NCBI GenBank assembly: GCA_963809455.1
Contig: CAWEJP010000015.1
Location: forward strand, 30,423-94,422
DNA from: Candidatus Bathyarchaeota archaeon
GTDB taxonomy: Archaea > Thermoproteota > Bathyarchaeia > Bathyarchaeales > Bathycorpusculaceae
Reading direction: 5' to 3'
Length of the DNA stretch: 64,000 nt
Part shown: piece by piece, positions 36,764-48,114 of the stretch
Position numbering within the stretch: the stretch's first letter is position 1
Layout of the letters: each line of letters opens with the position of its first letter
Program-made: the position numbers and the translations under genes
The notes under the pieces: model-generated
Seen by the model: the letters and a program-made list of their open reading frames with translations, nothing else
Databases searched by the model: none
What the model was told of the DNA's origin: nothing

Positions 36764-38942
36764 TTAATGAAAAAACAGTAAATTCAGCAAATAGCAAAGA
36801 ATCAGCGCCTACTGGAATTCGCACAGTCTTCTCAAGAAAAGTACTATTCGACTCAATCGTCCGACTAAATCCCAAAACGCTACTAAAAAACCCAGTAATG
36901 CTCATCGTTGAACTTACATTCTTCATCGTAGCGGCATTGGCCATAGCTCCACAAGCGTTCGTCCCCGTAACTACACCCAGCTTACAAGGTTTCTACATAG
37001 AAGTCGCCATCATTCTCATCATCACGGTCTGGTTTAGCACACTCTCAGACGCTCTTGCCGAACAACAAGCAAAAAGCACAGCTGGAAGCCTGCGAAAACT
37101 GGAAACAGAAGTAGAAAGCAAAAAAATTATCACTGAGGGCTGGACCAGAACCATAGTTAAGGTGAAATCAACTGAACTTCGAAAAGACGACTTAGTCCTC
37201 ATAGAATCAGGAGACATCGTCCCATTAGACGCTGACGTAATCGAAGGAATCGCAATGGTCGATGAATCCCTAGTCACAGGTGAATCAGCTCCCGTCAGAA
37301 AAGCGCCAGGGGACTCACTAATCGGCGGCTCGCGTCTCGCCAGTGACACCTTAACAGCGAAGATTACAACTAACCCGGGCGAAACCTTCATCGACCAAAT
37401 GATAAAGATGGTAGAATCCTCGAAGCGACCAAAGACTCCAAACGAAGTAGCGATAACCATGGTGCTGATCGGCTTAACCGCCATATTTACCATAATCATA
37501 CTCGCTCTACTGGGCACATCAGTAGTGCTTGGCCTAGGAGCAGACCTCTCGGTGTCTGATCGCATTATACGTTTGCCTTCTGCCAACGACTATAGGTGCC
37601 TTGCTACCTGCGATCGGCCTCTCAGGCATAACTCGACTCTACAAAAACAGAATCGTGGCAAAGTCAGGCCGCGCCATAGAAACAGCGGGAGACACTGATG
37701 TTGTTCTCTTAGATAAGACAGGGACAATTACTGTAGGTAATCGGCAAGCCATAGAGTTCATCGCGTTTGAATCCATATACGGAAGAAGATGTCGGCGAAG
37801 CGGCATTCTTATCCTCATGGCATGATGATACACCCGAAGGACGCAGCATATTAAGACTTGCCTACGAAAAAGGGTTCGTACCAAAAGAACTAAACTCTTT
37901 GGCAACTTCAGAAGTTTTTCCATTCTCTGCAAGTACTCGCACAAGCGGGGTTAAAGTCACAACGCAATCAAATCTGATGCTTCCAAAAGGAGGCAAAGCC
38001 ATTTTCCAAAGGCAAAGAATGAGACGAAAAACCTCAACTGTTCCTGGTGAATCGATGTCTTCAACTTTTGAACCTCAAATCGATGTTCTCAAGGGTGCTC
38101 CGGAGTCAATAAAACAACTTTCATCTTCAGTTCCCCAAAACTATGATCTAATAGTTGAAGGCATTTCTTCAGCGGGAGAAACCCCCATAGCCATCTCGGT
38201 AAATGGTAAAGCAATCGGAATCATCAGACTTAAAGACGTACTTAAAGTGGGCATAAAAGAAAAAATTCAGGCGCTTAAGGTCATGGGAATCCGTCCTGTC
38301 ATGATTACAGGAGACCAGCCGCTTACAGCAAAAAGCATAGCTTCCGAGGTCGGAATTGATGAGTACGTTGCGCAGGCTAAACCGGAAGATAAATACAAGA
38401 TAGCTAAGAGAGAGCAAGCTGAAAACAGAATCGTAGCTATGATAGGCGATGGAACCAACGACGCTCCAGCACTTTCCGCGGCAGATGTAGGCTTAGCAAT
38501 GAATTCTGGCACCGAAGCGGCAAAAGAAGCCGCCAACATGGTTGACTTAGAATCGAATCCAGCAAAAATAATCGACGTAGTTATGCTAGGCAAACAATTG
38601 CTAATGACAAGAGGTGCAGTTACAGCTTTCAGCATTGCCAACGATATATCAAAATACTTTGCAATTATGCCAGTCATCTTTTCAGTTGCCCTTCCAGAGC
38701 TGGGCAGCCTCAATATCTTGCAGTTGGGTCTTAAGAGCGCTGTGTTGTCAGCTCTTATTTTCAACGCAATAATAATTCCACTTTTGATCCCGCTTGCTAT
38801 GCGTGGCATTGCCTTTAAACCTACCAGTACTATGACGCTTTTCCTAAAGAACACCTTAATTTATGGTGTTGGCGGCGTTATTGTGCCGTTTATCGGCATT
38901 AAATTGATAGACTTACTCCTTGTGGGAGTCTTTCATATTTAG
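36760..38942 (+). CDS. kdpB: K+-transporting ATPase subunit B; 2 frameshifts
   Basis: [38 protein letters not shown]. Confidence 0.95.
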
Positions 38943-38954
38943 GAGGAAAAGAGT

Positions 38955-39428
38955 TTGGCAACAGAACAAAAAGAAAAATGGAACTTCAAACCAATCATCG
39001 GATTGGCATTGGTTTCGCTATTAATTTGCGGACTTTTCTATCCATTTCTAATCACTGGGATTGGTCAAGCTTTCTTCCCTAGCCAAGCCAACGGCGACTT
39101 AGTGCAACTAAGCGGGCAATCTGTAGGATCAAACCTTATCGCTCAAAGTTTCACTTTGCCCATTTTCTTTCACACAAGAAACGAAACTGCAGATCCGTCG
39201 GCATCGGGTGTTGATCCAGATATTTTAATGCAGGATGCCTATTCGCAGATTCCAGGCATAAGTAACGCAACCGGTATTTCTGTTGACTCGTTAACGTCTA
39301 TTGCTAACCAGAATCAAGAGGGAACTTTTTGGGTTTTCGGTAGCCCATACATAAACGTGTTGAGAGTCAATTTGCTGCTTATCCAAGATTATCCTTCCGT
39401 ATATGGTAATTTCACCGGGTCAAGATAA
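38955..39428 (+). CDS. kdpC: K+-transporting ATPase subunit C
   Basis: YP..TGIGQ..FPSQANG, SASGVDPDI, INVLRVNL. Confidence 0.9.
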   Translation: MATEQKEKWNFKPIIGLALVSLLICGLFYPFLITGIGQAFFPSQANGDLVQLSGQSVGSNLIAQSFTLPIFFHTRNETADPSASGVDPDILMQDAYSQIPGISNATGISVDSLTSIANQNQEGTFWVFGSPYINVLRVNLLLIQDYPSVYGNFTGSR

Positions 39429-39431
39429 AGA

Positions 39432-39640
39432 GTAGGTGAGGCATTAGCTCATTTCATCAAATTAGAACACATCGAAGAACTTTACGAAGTAACAGTAGAA
39501 TTTAATATCATAATTCTGGTTTGAGCAGATGAAATAGACGAATTTCGAGACATCCGCAAAAATAAATTCATGATATTCAAAGGCGGAAAAATTACCATAA
39601 GTTCTATCGTGCTTAAAGCTCACGAAGGCCCAAAATGTAC
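39432..39640 (+). pseudogene. Decayed Lrp/AsnC ligand-binding-domain gene
   Basis: Translates VGEALAHFIKLEHIEELYEVTVEFNIIILV*ADEIDEFRDIRKNKFMIFKG..SSIVLKAHEGPKC; in-frame TGA and no start. Confidence 0.75.
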
Positions 39641-39911
39641 GCCGCGACATTATTTACAGGCTTGTATACCTTGGGGTTAGGATCCCCTGAAGGCTCTGAA
39701 AAAGCGTAAGTCAATAATGAAGAGGGATTCAGACTATCTTGGGGATGAGTCCGGTAGAGACTCAAACTGCTTCAGGTTCGATTCTAATCATAAATTTTTC
39801 ATTTATTTGTCTTAACTTCTAGATTTTAATGGGTTCTTCCACTGCGTTTATCCATCATTGTAACAACGCGAACTCGGGAAATTTTGGATGAAGGGTGCGA
39901 ACAAGAGAAGG

Positions 39912-39985
39912 AGCTTGAGCGATTGCTCGCCTAAGTTTCTGCGCAGAAGATATAGTCTCTTTCTTAAAAAAACTATTTACTGACT
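39912..39985. repeat. Dispersed ~75 bp imperfect repeat, copy 1 (copy 2 at about 40848-40922)
   Basis: tgagcgattgctcgcctaagtttctgcgcagaagatatagtctctttcttaa vs tgagcgattgttcgcttgaattttagcgcagaaggtttagcatctttcttaa. Confidence 0.7.
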
Positions 39986-40048
39986 TAAGATTCAGGTTTA
40001 TATAATCAGAATTGAATTAATTAAATTTTAATTGCCTCTTCCTTCGAA

Positions 40049-40327
40049 TTAATGAGGAAGATCTTCCACTTCACATTTTGGACCCTTGTGTGCTTTTAGG
40101 ACAATAGAACTTACTGTGCTTCTTACACCGTGTATTTTCATTATCTTATTCTTGAGGACTTCTCTAAACTCTTCAATATCATCTGCTGAAACAAAAGTAA
40201 TGATATCGAATTCACCAGTCACCTCATAAAGCTCCTCTACATCATCTATCTTAGAGAGCGCCTGTATAACCTCGTCCATAAGTTGCGACTCAACAAAAAT
40301 ATCTACAAATGCATGCATTTTATGCAA
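40049..40327 (-). CDS. Lrp/AsnC ligand-binding-domain-only protein
   Basis: EELYEVTGEFDII..KIHGVRSTVSSIVLKAHKGPKC. Confidence 0.88.
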   Translation of the reverse strand: MHKMHAFVDIFVESQLMDEVIQALSKIDDVEELYEVTGEFDIITFVSADDIEEFREVLKNKIMKIHGVRSTVSSIVLKAHKGPKCEVEDLPH

Positions 40328-40358
40328 TCAAATCACCTGAATTCTTAGTTTACGGATA

Positions 40359-40655
40359 TTACAATTGAGTACTTTTGATTGGGATTTTTATTCGTTTGTG
40401 GGTTCTAAGCACTACTGATATCAAGGTGCTTCGGACGCCTTTTATTGTCATAATTTTCTTATGCAAGACATTGCGGAATTCTTCAACGCTTGGCGCAGAA
40501 ACTATCGAAACAATTTCATATTCGCCCTTAACTTCATAAATCTCCTCGATATTTTCGATCTTTTCGAGAGCATCTATGACTTGCGCCTTCTGAGATGGAT
40601 CAGCAAAAATGTTAACTGATACCTCAAACTGGCCAGGACTATCGATGGACTTCAT
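40359..40655 (-). CDS. Lrp/AsnC ligand-binding-domain-only protein
   Basis: EEIYEVKGEYEIV..IKGVRSTLISVVL. Confidence 0.82.
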   Translation of the reverse strand: MKSIDSPGQFEVSVNIFADPSQKAQVIDALEKIENIEEIYEVKGEYEIVSIVSAPSVEEFRNVLHKKIMTIKGVRSTLISVVLRTHKRIKIPIKSTQL

Positions 40656-41488
40656 ACTTTATCAATAGAAACAGCTAAACGGGTCCAAGGGCTTTTGAGC
40701 TTTTTTGAGAATCAAAATTGACCAGGTTGCGAAGCTGAGAGAGCTAAACACTCGTCAGACAAAAGAGCGATTAATGAGGTCAAATTATTAGCAAACCCCT
40801 CTCTCACGGCAACTTATTCAAAGAAAAAATGCCTCGAAGATCCAAGAAGCCTGAGCGATTGTTCGCTTGAATTTTAGCGCAGAAGGTTTAGCATCTTTCT
40901 TAAGAAATTTATTTACTTGAAGGATATTTACCGTTTAGCTTTTTTTGGGGAAGCTGCTTTGCTTTTCATCAAAACCCTGAATTCTTATTCCAATGAAAAC
41001 TATCGCAAGAATCGCTAAACCAACCAGAACAATTGTTCCACCTGGCGCCGCATTGCTAACACAAAGACTGGGTAAATAGTAATTTGCCACAAACCTAAAA
41101 CTATGAAAATACATGGGTGTCAAACTTTTCCTTCTATAAAAGTGATTTTTGCTAGTAAATTGAGGCCGGTGGTTTGATTGCAAATATTTCTGGAAGCAAA
41201 AATTTTTCCCGTAAAAGGGATTATTTTTTTAAAGCTTAAATGATTCCTTTTTAGGGAGATATGCCTTTACTTGGACAGTGGCTCTCAAAATTAAGGCAAA
41301 TCGTGAAAAGACTTGAAGAAATAAAGAATCATTTACCTCAGATATGATGAGATTTTAAGAACTGGTGGAGAATCTGTTGGAGAAATATTGGGATGATAAA
41401 CAGCTTGGTTGTTATTCACTTTCTTAAAGCAGCAATGGAGCGGTTTATGACGGTCGGTACCTAAATTGATAATGAACCATCTGGAGAT

Positions 41489-43342
41489 ATGAAAATATCA
41501 GGCAAGCAAAAGGGTAAAGATATCAAACGGCAGCTTTCGTTTAGCGATGTTTTTTTTCTTTCTTTTGGCGGACAATCTCCTCTTCTTAGTCTTTTAACAT
41601 ATGGTGCGGTGGCACTGAGTTTAGGAGGATATTTTGCTCCAGTTATTATTCTATTAGGGACGGCTGTTGTCCTTGTAAATGGATTGGTGGTCAATAGACT
41701 TTCGAAGCGCTTTACATCTTTGGGTGGATATTACACATATGCTATGAATTTGCTGTCTGAACGTTTCGGATTCCAAACCGGATGGATGTATCTCTATTTT
41801 GCAATCCTTTTCGGATCAGCCTACGCCGTAGGAACGGCCTATATCGTTAACTACGTTTTCGGAATATCACCCGCAGTGGTTGCCCTTGCAATAACGATTC
41901 CGGCTTTTGCTTTCCTGCTCTTGGGAGTCAAGCCTTCAGCAAAGTATGCTGTATTTGCAGGAGTAATTGAGATAGCTGTATTGATAGCGTTCTTTTTATT
42001 CTCAATTTACTTTTCACATAACACCTTTTATTCCCCAATATCTTATCCCGGAGCCACTAACCTATCTGCGGGACAAATTGCTCTAGCCATCGTCTTTGTA
42101 ATGGGTATCCCCTTGGGATACAGCGTAATTGCTCCAATCTCAGGAGAAATCATCGGTGCAGAGAAGGTCGTTGGGAAGACAATGATATCTGTTATTCTAA
42201 TTGGCGGCTCTCTTGCAGCGATTTTCATTTACGGGCTCATAAACTTGCTTGTGTCAAACGGTGTTGATGTTTACACGGTCTCATCCGGAAGTGGTCTTGC
42301 AGTTATCAATTTAGTAAACACGTACTTCGGAGGTTTTGGAAAATATTTTGTCTTAATTCTAGCGGTAGCGGCAATAAACGATGGTGTGCTGGCAGTGCTT
42401 TCCCTTTCTGCTGCAGCTTCTCGGACGATGTTTAAGATGAGTTTAGATAAAGCTCTCCCAAGCTTCTTTTCTAAACAACATAGCGAACAGCCAATAGTAG
42501 CAAATCTGTCGGCGGGAATCGCGTGTATACTTATTTCAACGCTATTATTGATTCCATTTCAGGCTTCGGCAGTTTTCATAGCTCTTGGAACCACCTCAAT
42601 ATTTGGCGAAATGTTCATTCATTTAGCAGCGAATTTTTCGCTTTTAAGAGTCAGCCTTCGCAGAATAAGGAGAAAGCTTTTTGGAGGTTTCAGTTCAATA
42701 CATACGGTACTTTATCCATTTGGAGAAATTGCCCTTGCTTTTTCTGCGGTCATTATAACTGCTCTTGTTTTGGTATTCTCCATGCTTTCCGCTTCGCTAC
42801 TGTTTGTTGCTTTTTTCCTTGGGTGGATAGTTGTGGGTTATCTTCTTTCAGATGTCAAAGAAATTGCGTTTCAGGTTCCAAATCCCCGCGCACGAGGCAA
42901 ATCGTCTCTGAGCTCAGGGTGGCAGAGGATAAGTAGCTTGACTGCAATTGAAATCAGCAGTGAACTACCAGACGTGGCGGTTAACGAGAATGACCTGCTG
43001 AAGGTCGCGTTGAAAAAGTGTCTTGAACTAGATTCTCCCGCCGCTATAGTTGTAGATAATGATTCGAGACCAGTTGGGACCATACTTTTTCGCGACATCG
43101 TTGCACTAAATGATGTTGAAATAAACACTTGTCTTGTAAGCGATTATGCTTCAAATGAAGTGGTAACTGTGACTGGTGACGCTTTAGCTTTGAACCTTGC
43201 AGAAGCCTTTGGACAAACTTCTATGCCTATACTTGCAATTATTGACGATAACAGAAAACTAGTGGGCACAATAAGGGAGAGAGAAATTATAAGGAAAATA
43301 GCTTCAGTTCAAGAGACTTATTTTCTTGAAAAGTCAAATTAG
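41489..43342 (+). CDS. APC-family permease fused to C-terminal CBS pair
   Basis: SFGGQSP, GGYYTY, about 12 TM, then PVGTILFRDI / LVGTIREREI CBS motifs. Confidence 0.85.
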   Translation: MKISGKQKGKDIKRQLSFSDVFFLSFGGQSPLLSLLTYGAVALSLGGYFAPVIILLGTAVVLVNGLVVNRLSKRFTSLGGYYTYAMNLLSERFGFQTGWMYLYFAILFGSAYAVGTAYIVNYVFGISPAVVALAITIPAFAFLLLGVKPSAKYAVFAGVIEIAVLIAFFLFSIYFSHNTFYSPISYPGATNLSAGQIALAIVFVMGIPLGYSVIAPISGEIIGAEKVVGKTMISVILIGGSLAAIFIYGLINLLVSNGVDVYTVSSGSGLAVINLVNTYFGGFGKYFVLILAVAAINDGVLAVLSLSAAASRTMFKMSLDKALPSFFSKQHSEQPIVANLSAGIACILISTLLLIPFQASAVFIALGTTSIFGEMFIHLAANFSLLRVSLRRIRRKLFGGFSSIHTVLYPFGEIALAFSAVIITALVLVFSMLSASLLFVAFFLGWIVVGYLLSDVKEIAFQVPNPRARGKSSLSSGWQRISSLTAIEISSELPDVAVNENDLLKVALKKCLELDSPAAIVVDNDSRPVGTILFRDIVALNDVEINTCLVSDYASNEVVTVTGDALALNLAEAFGQTSMPILAIIDDNRKLVGTIREREIIRKIASVQETYFLEKSN

Positions 43343-43558
43343 ATAGAATCTCGGCTTCCTGAATCATCCACTTGAATCGCTTGTGCAACTGCCTCAATAT
43401 ATCTTCATGATTAAATGGCCTAAATGGTAGTATTGTGCTTTTTCTTCAAGCATTCTCTTGTCGTTTCATTCAATAGTATCGGCAAAATAATCGGACTCCT
43501 GATTCAGAATTGAAACTTCACAAAACTTTTATACAATAGTGCGAGTAACTTTAGAATA

Positions 43559-43993
43559 ATGCCAACTGTAAAAGATTTTATGACTTCAAATGTTATCACA
43601 ATTGGTGTTAATGAGACCGCGCTTTATGCTGCAAAATTAATGCATCAACAAGATGTGGGTGATCTTGTGGTTATTGAGGGCAACGTTCCCAAGGGTATAG
43701 TTACTGAACGAGATTTAGTTAGACGAGTAATGGCACTGAAAAAATCGCTTGATACTAAAGTCTCTGAGATAATGTCAGATCCACTCATAACAATTGAGGA
43801 CAACGCCCCCATAAGAGATGCGGCAAGGAAAATGGTCAAGTACAAAATCAGACGACTTCCAGTTACTAAAGATAAGGTACTGGTCGGTATAATTGTCGCG
43901 TCCGATTTTGCTAAACATGTCAGCAAAAAGACGTTAAGCGAAGAAATACTATCTGCAATGAGTCGCTATCCCTTCGCTGAAGCCAAAAAATAG
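43559..43993 (+). CDS. Stand-alone CBS domain protein
   Basis: VKDFMT, GIVTERDL, IRRLPV..LVGII. Confidence 0.92.
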   Translation: MPTVKDFMTSNVITIGVNETALYAAKLMHQQDVGDLVVIEGNVPKGIVTERDLVRRVMALKKSLDTKVSEIMSDPLITIEDNAPIRDAARKMVKYKIRRLPVTKDKVLVGIIVASDFAKHVSKKTLSEEILSAMSRYPFAEAKK

Positions 43994-44223
43994 CATCCGA
44001 ATGTATATTCAAAGATTAGTTCAAGAAATTTCTAACGCTTCTGAATTAGTTCAGCCCAAACTGAAAAAATTCTGCGTCAAAAAGAATAAATAGAATTCCA
44101 ACAGATTTTCAACTCAAGATAATTTTTTACTACAAACGTCATATTAAAATTTGAAATATTGTCTGATTTGCTGGAAAAGTATTAATATGTCCAACGCATG
44201 TGCAAGTAGGCAAGACGACCCAT

Positions 44224-44517
44224 ATGTCTAAACTATTGGCATTTGTAGATATCTTTGTAGAAGCACCTGAACTGGATAGTGTCCTTGAAGCTCTTGGTAA
44301 ACTTGAAAACCTCGAAGAACTATACGAGGTAACAGGCGAGTTTGATATAGTCACTTTAGTCTCGGCAACAGACATAGAAGAGTTCCGAGATATTCTCAAA
44401 AACAGAATCATGAAGATAAAAGGAATAAAAAGTACCGTCAGCTCGATTGTCTTGAAAGCGCACAAAGGACCCAAATGTGAATGTACTGAAGAAAATAAAA
44501 CTCCATCAACAACATAG
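44224..44517 (+). CDS. Lrp/AsnC ligand-binding-domain-only protein
   Basis: EELYEVTGEFDIV..KIKGIKSTVSSIVLKAHKGPKC. Confidence 0.88.
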   Translation: MSKLLAFVDIFVEAPELDSVLEALGKLENLEELYEVTGEFDIVTLVSATDIEEFRDILKNRIMKIKGIKSTVSSIVLKAHKGPKCECTEENKTPSTT

Positions 44518-44648
44518 CTTAATTATGATAAATTATCTTTTTTTAAAACCTGACTTTATTTTTCTTTTTTATTTACTCATTTAAAATTGCTTACAATATT
44601 TTTAAAATTAAAATGAAAAAATGGGTAAAGCAGTTTTTCTGCTTCAGT

Positions 44649-44888
44649 CTACTCCATCGGTGCAAGGGCGATTGACGTTTCAGTGCGGATGACGTTGGGG
44701 TCTTTTTCGATGATTTTGTAAACTACTTGGTTAATGTTTTCGAGCGCTGGGGCTTCCAAGATTATGACTGCGTCGTATCTGCCGAAGATGGCGTCTGCGA
44801 CTATTGTTTCTTTGACTTTTTCTTTTATTCTTTTGACGACTTCAAGTGAGGTGCCAGGTTTGGTGCTTAATAGGATATATGCTTTCAT
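44649..44888 (-). CDS. Lrp/AsnC ligand-binding-domain-only protein
   Basis: MKAYILL..PG..IFGRYDAV..NVIRTETSI; ggagg SD. Confidence 0.85.
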   Translation of the reverse strand: MKAYILLSTKPGTSLEVVKRIKEKVKETIVADAIFGRYDAVIILEAPALENINQVVYKIIEKDPNVIRTETSIALAPME

Positions 44889-45078
44889 GTGTTTTATTTT
44901 TCCTCCTTACTTTAATAATTTGTCTGATATTTACAGAATAGACTGTACCTTTGTATATAAATTTTATGTAAATCTGGAAGGATTTTGATATAATCTGCGA
45001 TAAACTAAACCTTTGTTTAAATTAGTGGAAAAATAAGGGCGTTGATATTTATCGTGCTTCTGAAAGAACTCTGAAAAC

Positions 45079-45549
45079 TCAAAGTTTAATTTTAAAGTCC
45101 TCTTTCACCACATTAAGCGTAATATCTGTCATTGTCTTTTTAATGTGTGGAGTCACAAGCAAATTCTTAAGCAAACTATTCAAACTATCTCGATCCTTAA
45201 GTTTAACCACAGCCACCACATCAAAATCGCCCGTGATTTCATAGATGGCAATGACGTTAGCCATTTGGGCGAGTTCATTCTCCAAATCCTTAAGGTATCC
45301 GCCTTCAGTCTGAACAAAAATTACTGCTGTTAGATCATAGCCTAATTTTACGGGATCAAGAATTGCAGTATAGCCTTTTAGTATGCCTTTTTCCTCGAGG
45401 TTTTTTATTCTTGTTGCTGCCATTACGCCTGTGATGTGCATTTTGTCAGCTAGTTTTCGGAAGCTGAGATGGCAATCTTCCTGTAAGGTATTTAGGATTT
45501 GGAGATCCAGTTTGTCGATTTCCGATTTTTCGGTTGATTTTCTTTTCAC
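45079..45549 (-). CDS. Lrp/AsnC transcriptional regulator (full length, HTH plus LBD)
   Basis: DKLDLQIL..LQED..SFRKLA..RIKNLEEKGILKGY; YEITGDFD. Confidence 0.93.
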   Translation of the reverse strand: MKRKSTEKSEIDKLDLQILNTLQEDCHLSFRKLADKMHITGVMAATRIKNLEEKGILKGYTAILDPVKLGYDLTAVIFVQTEGGYLKDLENELAQMANVIAIYEITGDFDVVAVVKLKDRDSLNSLLKNLLVTPHIKKTMTDITLNVVKEDFKIKL

Positions 45550-45879
45550 TTTGACATCTTCATGATGTAGCTTTTTCCGGGGTTTAAGTCAACGTTCTTC
45601 TTTTTTTTGAGCTTTGTTTTACGTCTGTCAGGTTATTTTATTCTAACCTGCACATTCATTACACGCAACTATTTAAAACTACCCAATTGAACATAAAGAT
45701 GGGAACAACCTATTCACTTGTTTAACGATAACGATAAGACTCGTAACTTGAAACGAATATAGACAAATATTTGGATCCGAATATCCCGCCATTTTACGGC
45801 ACGATGTAGGGTAGTTACCTCGGTTTTTTGGAGACTATTTTTTGGGAATAGCTTTTTTAATCCACGCTTCAACCTTATT

Positions 45880-46938
45880 TTGCGGTGCACACTTACGGAA
45901 GAAGAAGCAGATATTTGGACTCCAATGGACGGAGACACCTTCGTGACAAAAGACGGCTTCATTATGAACACTTTTGGTTACGAACACCCTGACGAGCGTG
46001 TCTTTGCATTCCTCAAGTACATCCCAGCCCAATACAAACAGCTTTTCAACGTGGAAATGCTGACCCGAACCTGGAAATTCGGCACAAATGAACTTACAAA
46101 CCAGCTTTTCCGAGCCGAAAAACTCTATACCGCCAAAAACTACCAAACATTCATCGAAGCCTTCCGTAAAACATTCCCAAACTACCTCTACTTCGACCAG
46201 ACACGCGGAAAAGAACTCATAACAGCCCCGCTTGACGCGATTGAGCAGGTTTTTGTTCCCAAAGATCGTTTGGTTTGGCTGCAGAACCTCAAGAAACCTG
46301 ATAAGCTTCAAGCTATGTCGCTTCAATTAATCGATTTAATCTCAAAGGAATCGGGTGTACCCTGCAGCGATTTGGGCATCCACGGCTCTATTGCTTTGGA
46401 AATGCATGCGCCAGAGTCCGATATAGACTTTGTCGTTTACGGGAACAACAACTTCCGTGTTGTAGAGGAAGCAATACAAACGCTCGTAAACGAAAATAAA
46501 CTCTCCTATATTGCAGGGAATCGAATTGAAGCTGCAAGAAAATTCGTGGGCAAATACCAAGGCAAAATTTGGATGTATAACGCAACAAAAAAGCCTGAAG
46601 AAATCAAAATCCAATTCGGCGACTATACCTATATACCTTTGGCGCCGATGCGGTTTTTTGCAGCTGTCTGCGATGACACAGAAACAATGTATCGCCCCGC
46701 AATCTACAAAATAAGCGGCTACCAACCCCAAGATGACCAATCAGAAATTGACCTAGACAAAATCCCTATTCAAGTTGTCTCAAACATCGGATGCTACCGA
46801 AACGTCGCCCGAGCGGGACAACAAATTAAAGTTGCAGGAACCCTTGAAAAAGTCCAGTCAACCCGAGACAACAGCGTCTTCTACCAAGTTGTCGTAGGTA
46901 CAGCTACTTCAGAAGAAGAATACATATGGCCACTGTAA
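45880..46938 (+). CDS. COG1665-like nucleotidyltransferase 1
   Basis: [14 protein letters not shown] (GS/DxD), N-terminal GYEHP, C-terminal OB-like [11 protein letters not shown]. Confidence 0.75.
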   Translation: MRCTLTEEEADIWTPMDGDTFVTKDGFIMNTFGYEHPDERVFAFLKYIPAQYKQLFNVEMLTRTWKFGTNELTNQLFRAEKLYTAKNYQTFIEAFRKTFPNYLYFDQTRGKELITAPLDAIEQVFVPKDRLVWLQNLKKPDKLQAMSLQLIDLISKESGVPCSDLGIHGSIALEMHAPESDIDFVVYGNNNFRVVEEAIQTLVNENKLSYIAGNRIEAARKFVGKYQGKIWMYNATKKPEEIKIQFGDYTYIPLAPMRFFAAVCDDTETMYRPAIYKISGYQPQDDQSEIDLDKIPIQVVSNIGCYRNVARAGQQIKVAGTLEKVQSTRDNSVFYQVVVGTATSEEEYIWPL

Positions 46939-47999
46939 AACTACGCGACCGTGACGCCATCCAAACGGCGGAAGGCTTGATTTTCAGGGTCTTCGGCTAC
47001 AGCCACCCTAAAAATGCATACATCTGCGACGCCGAATATGCAAGCTCAAACATTTTCCATTCAACCGACCCAAGAGCACCCAGAGAAGGCAGAAGTGAAC
47101 TCTTCTACAAGTTCTACAACGACGAAGGCATGAAACTCGTCGCCAAAAAGTACCCTCAATACCTAATAAACCATGAAATGCTTGGATTAAAAATCGTCGG
47201 CCTGCCCCAAAACCTAATAACTGAAGCTCGACAACCGCAGCCGCGTCTCCAAGAGCTTCTCAAGGCAGGACCAACCGACCCTTTGCTGGCTGCAATGGAG
47301 CGTGTTCTAGATATTGCAACTGGAAAATCTGGCGTTTCAGCCGAAAGCTTCGGGGTTTTCGGTTCAATGCTGCATGGTTTTCATCATCCAAAGTTTTCAG
47401 ATATCGACTTCACAATTTACGGCAAAACAGAAAACACCAAAATGTGCAAGACAATGGCACAACTATACGCTGACGACAGTTCTGGTTTGCGTAACGAATT
47501 CGAATCATTAGACGCCATGAAAGGAAAAGATTGGCGTTTCAAGAATTTTGATGTTAAAGATTTTGTTTGGCATCAGCGTCGCAAGATGATTTATGGGCTC
47601 TACGACGATACTGCGAATAGTGGTAGGGTTATCAAAGCCGAGTTTGAACCAGTAAAAGCTTGGGGCCAAATTAAATCTGAATACGACCCTAAGACACGAA
47701 TTATGCAGAAGGGTTGGGCAAAAATCAAAGCCCGCATCACATCGGACGATGAGGCACCTTTCATCCCATCAATCTATGGTATCGAGCCCCTGGAAGTTCT
47801 AAGCGGACCCAAAGAAGTGCTTTTGGTAAGGCGGGTTTTCAGTTTCATGGAAGAGTTCCGTCAGCAAGCCCAAAAAGACGAGACCGTGATTGTGGAGGGC
47901 AACCTTGAAGAAGTCCAATCGGAAAAGGGAAACTTCTATCAAGTTACTTTGACGTATTGTCCACGATACTACGAACAGGTCCTTAAAGTGCTGAACTAA
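46926..47999 (+). CDS. COG1665-like nucleotidyltransferase 2
   Basis: [31 protein letters not shown]. Confidence 0.75.
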   Translation: MATVKLRDRDAIQTAEGLIFRVFGYSHPKNAYICDAEYASSNIFHSTDPRAPREGRSELFYKFYNDEGMKLVAKKYPQYLINHEMLGLKIVGLPQNLITEARQPQPRLQELLKAGPTDPLLAAMERVLDIATGKSGVSAESFGVFGSMLHGFHHPKFSDIDFTIYGKTENTKMCKTMAQLYADDSSGLRNEFESLDAMKGKDWRFKNFDVKDFVWHQRRKMIYGLYDDTANSGRVIKAEFEPVKAWGQIKSEYDPKTRIMQKGWAKIKARITSDDEAPFIPSIYGIEPLEVLSGPKEVLLVRRVFSFMEEFRQQAQKDETVIVEGNLEEVQSEKGNFYQVTLTYCPRYYEQVLKVLN

Positions 48000-48114
48000 T
48001 GGCTAAAATTGGTTAATTTTTTTTTCAGGGCGCTTCTTTAATTGAAACTGATTTCTCAAATTGTTCTATTATTTTGCACAAAAAAAGAAAAAAATAGTTT
48101 TGATTTATTTGTTT

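Noticed and set aside
39742-39767. Hammerhead-ribozyme-like string GGGATGAGTCCGGTAGAGACTCAAAC
   Set aside because: Core CUGAUGA and GAAA are not intact and flanking stems were not found
41261-41427. Possible small frameshifted ORF MPLLGQWLSKLRQIVKRLEE...
   Set aside because: No recognisable family and interrupted by a stop; insufficient support
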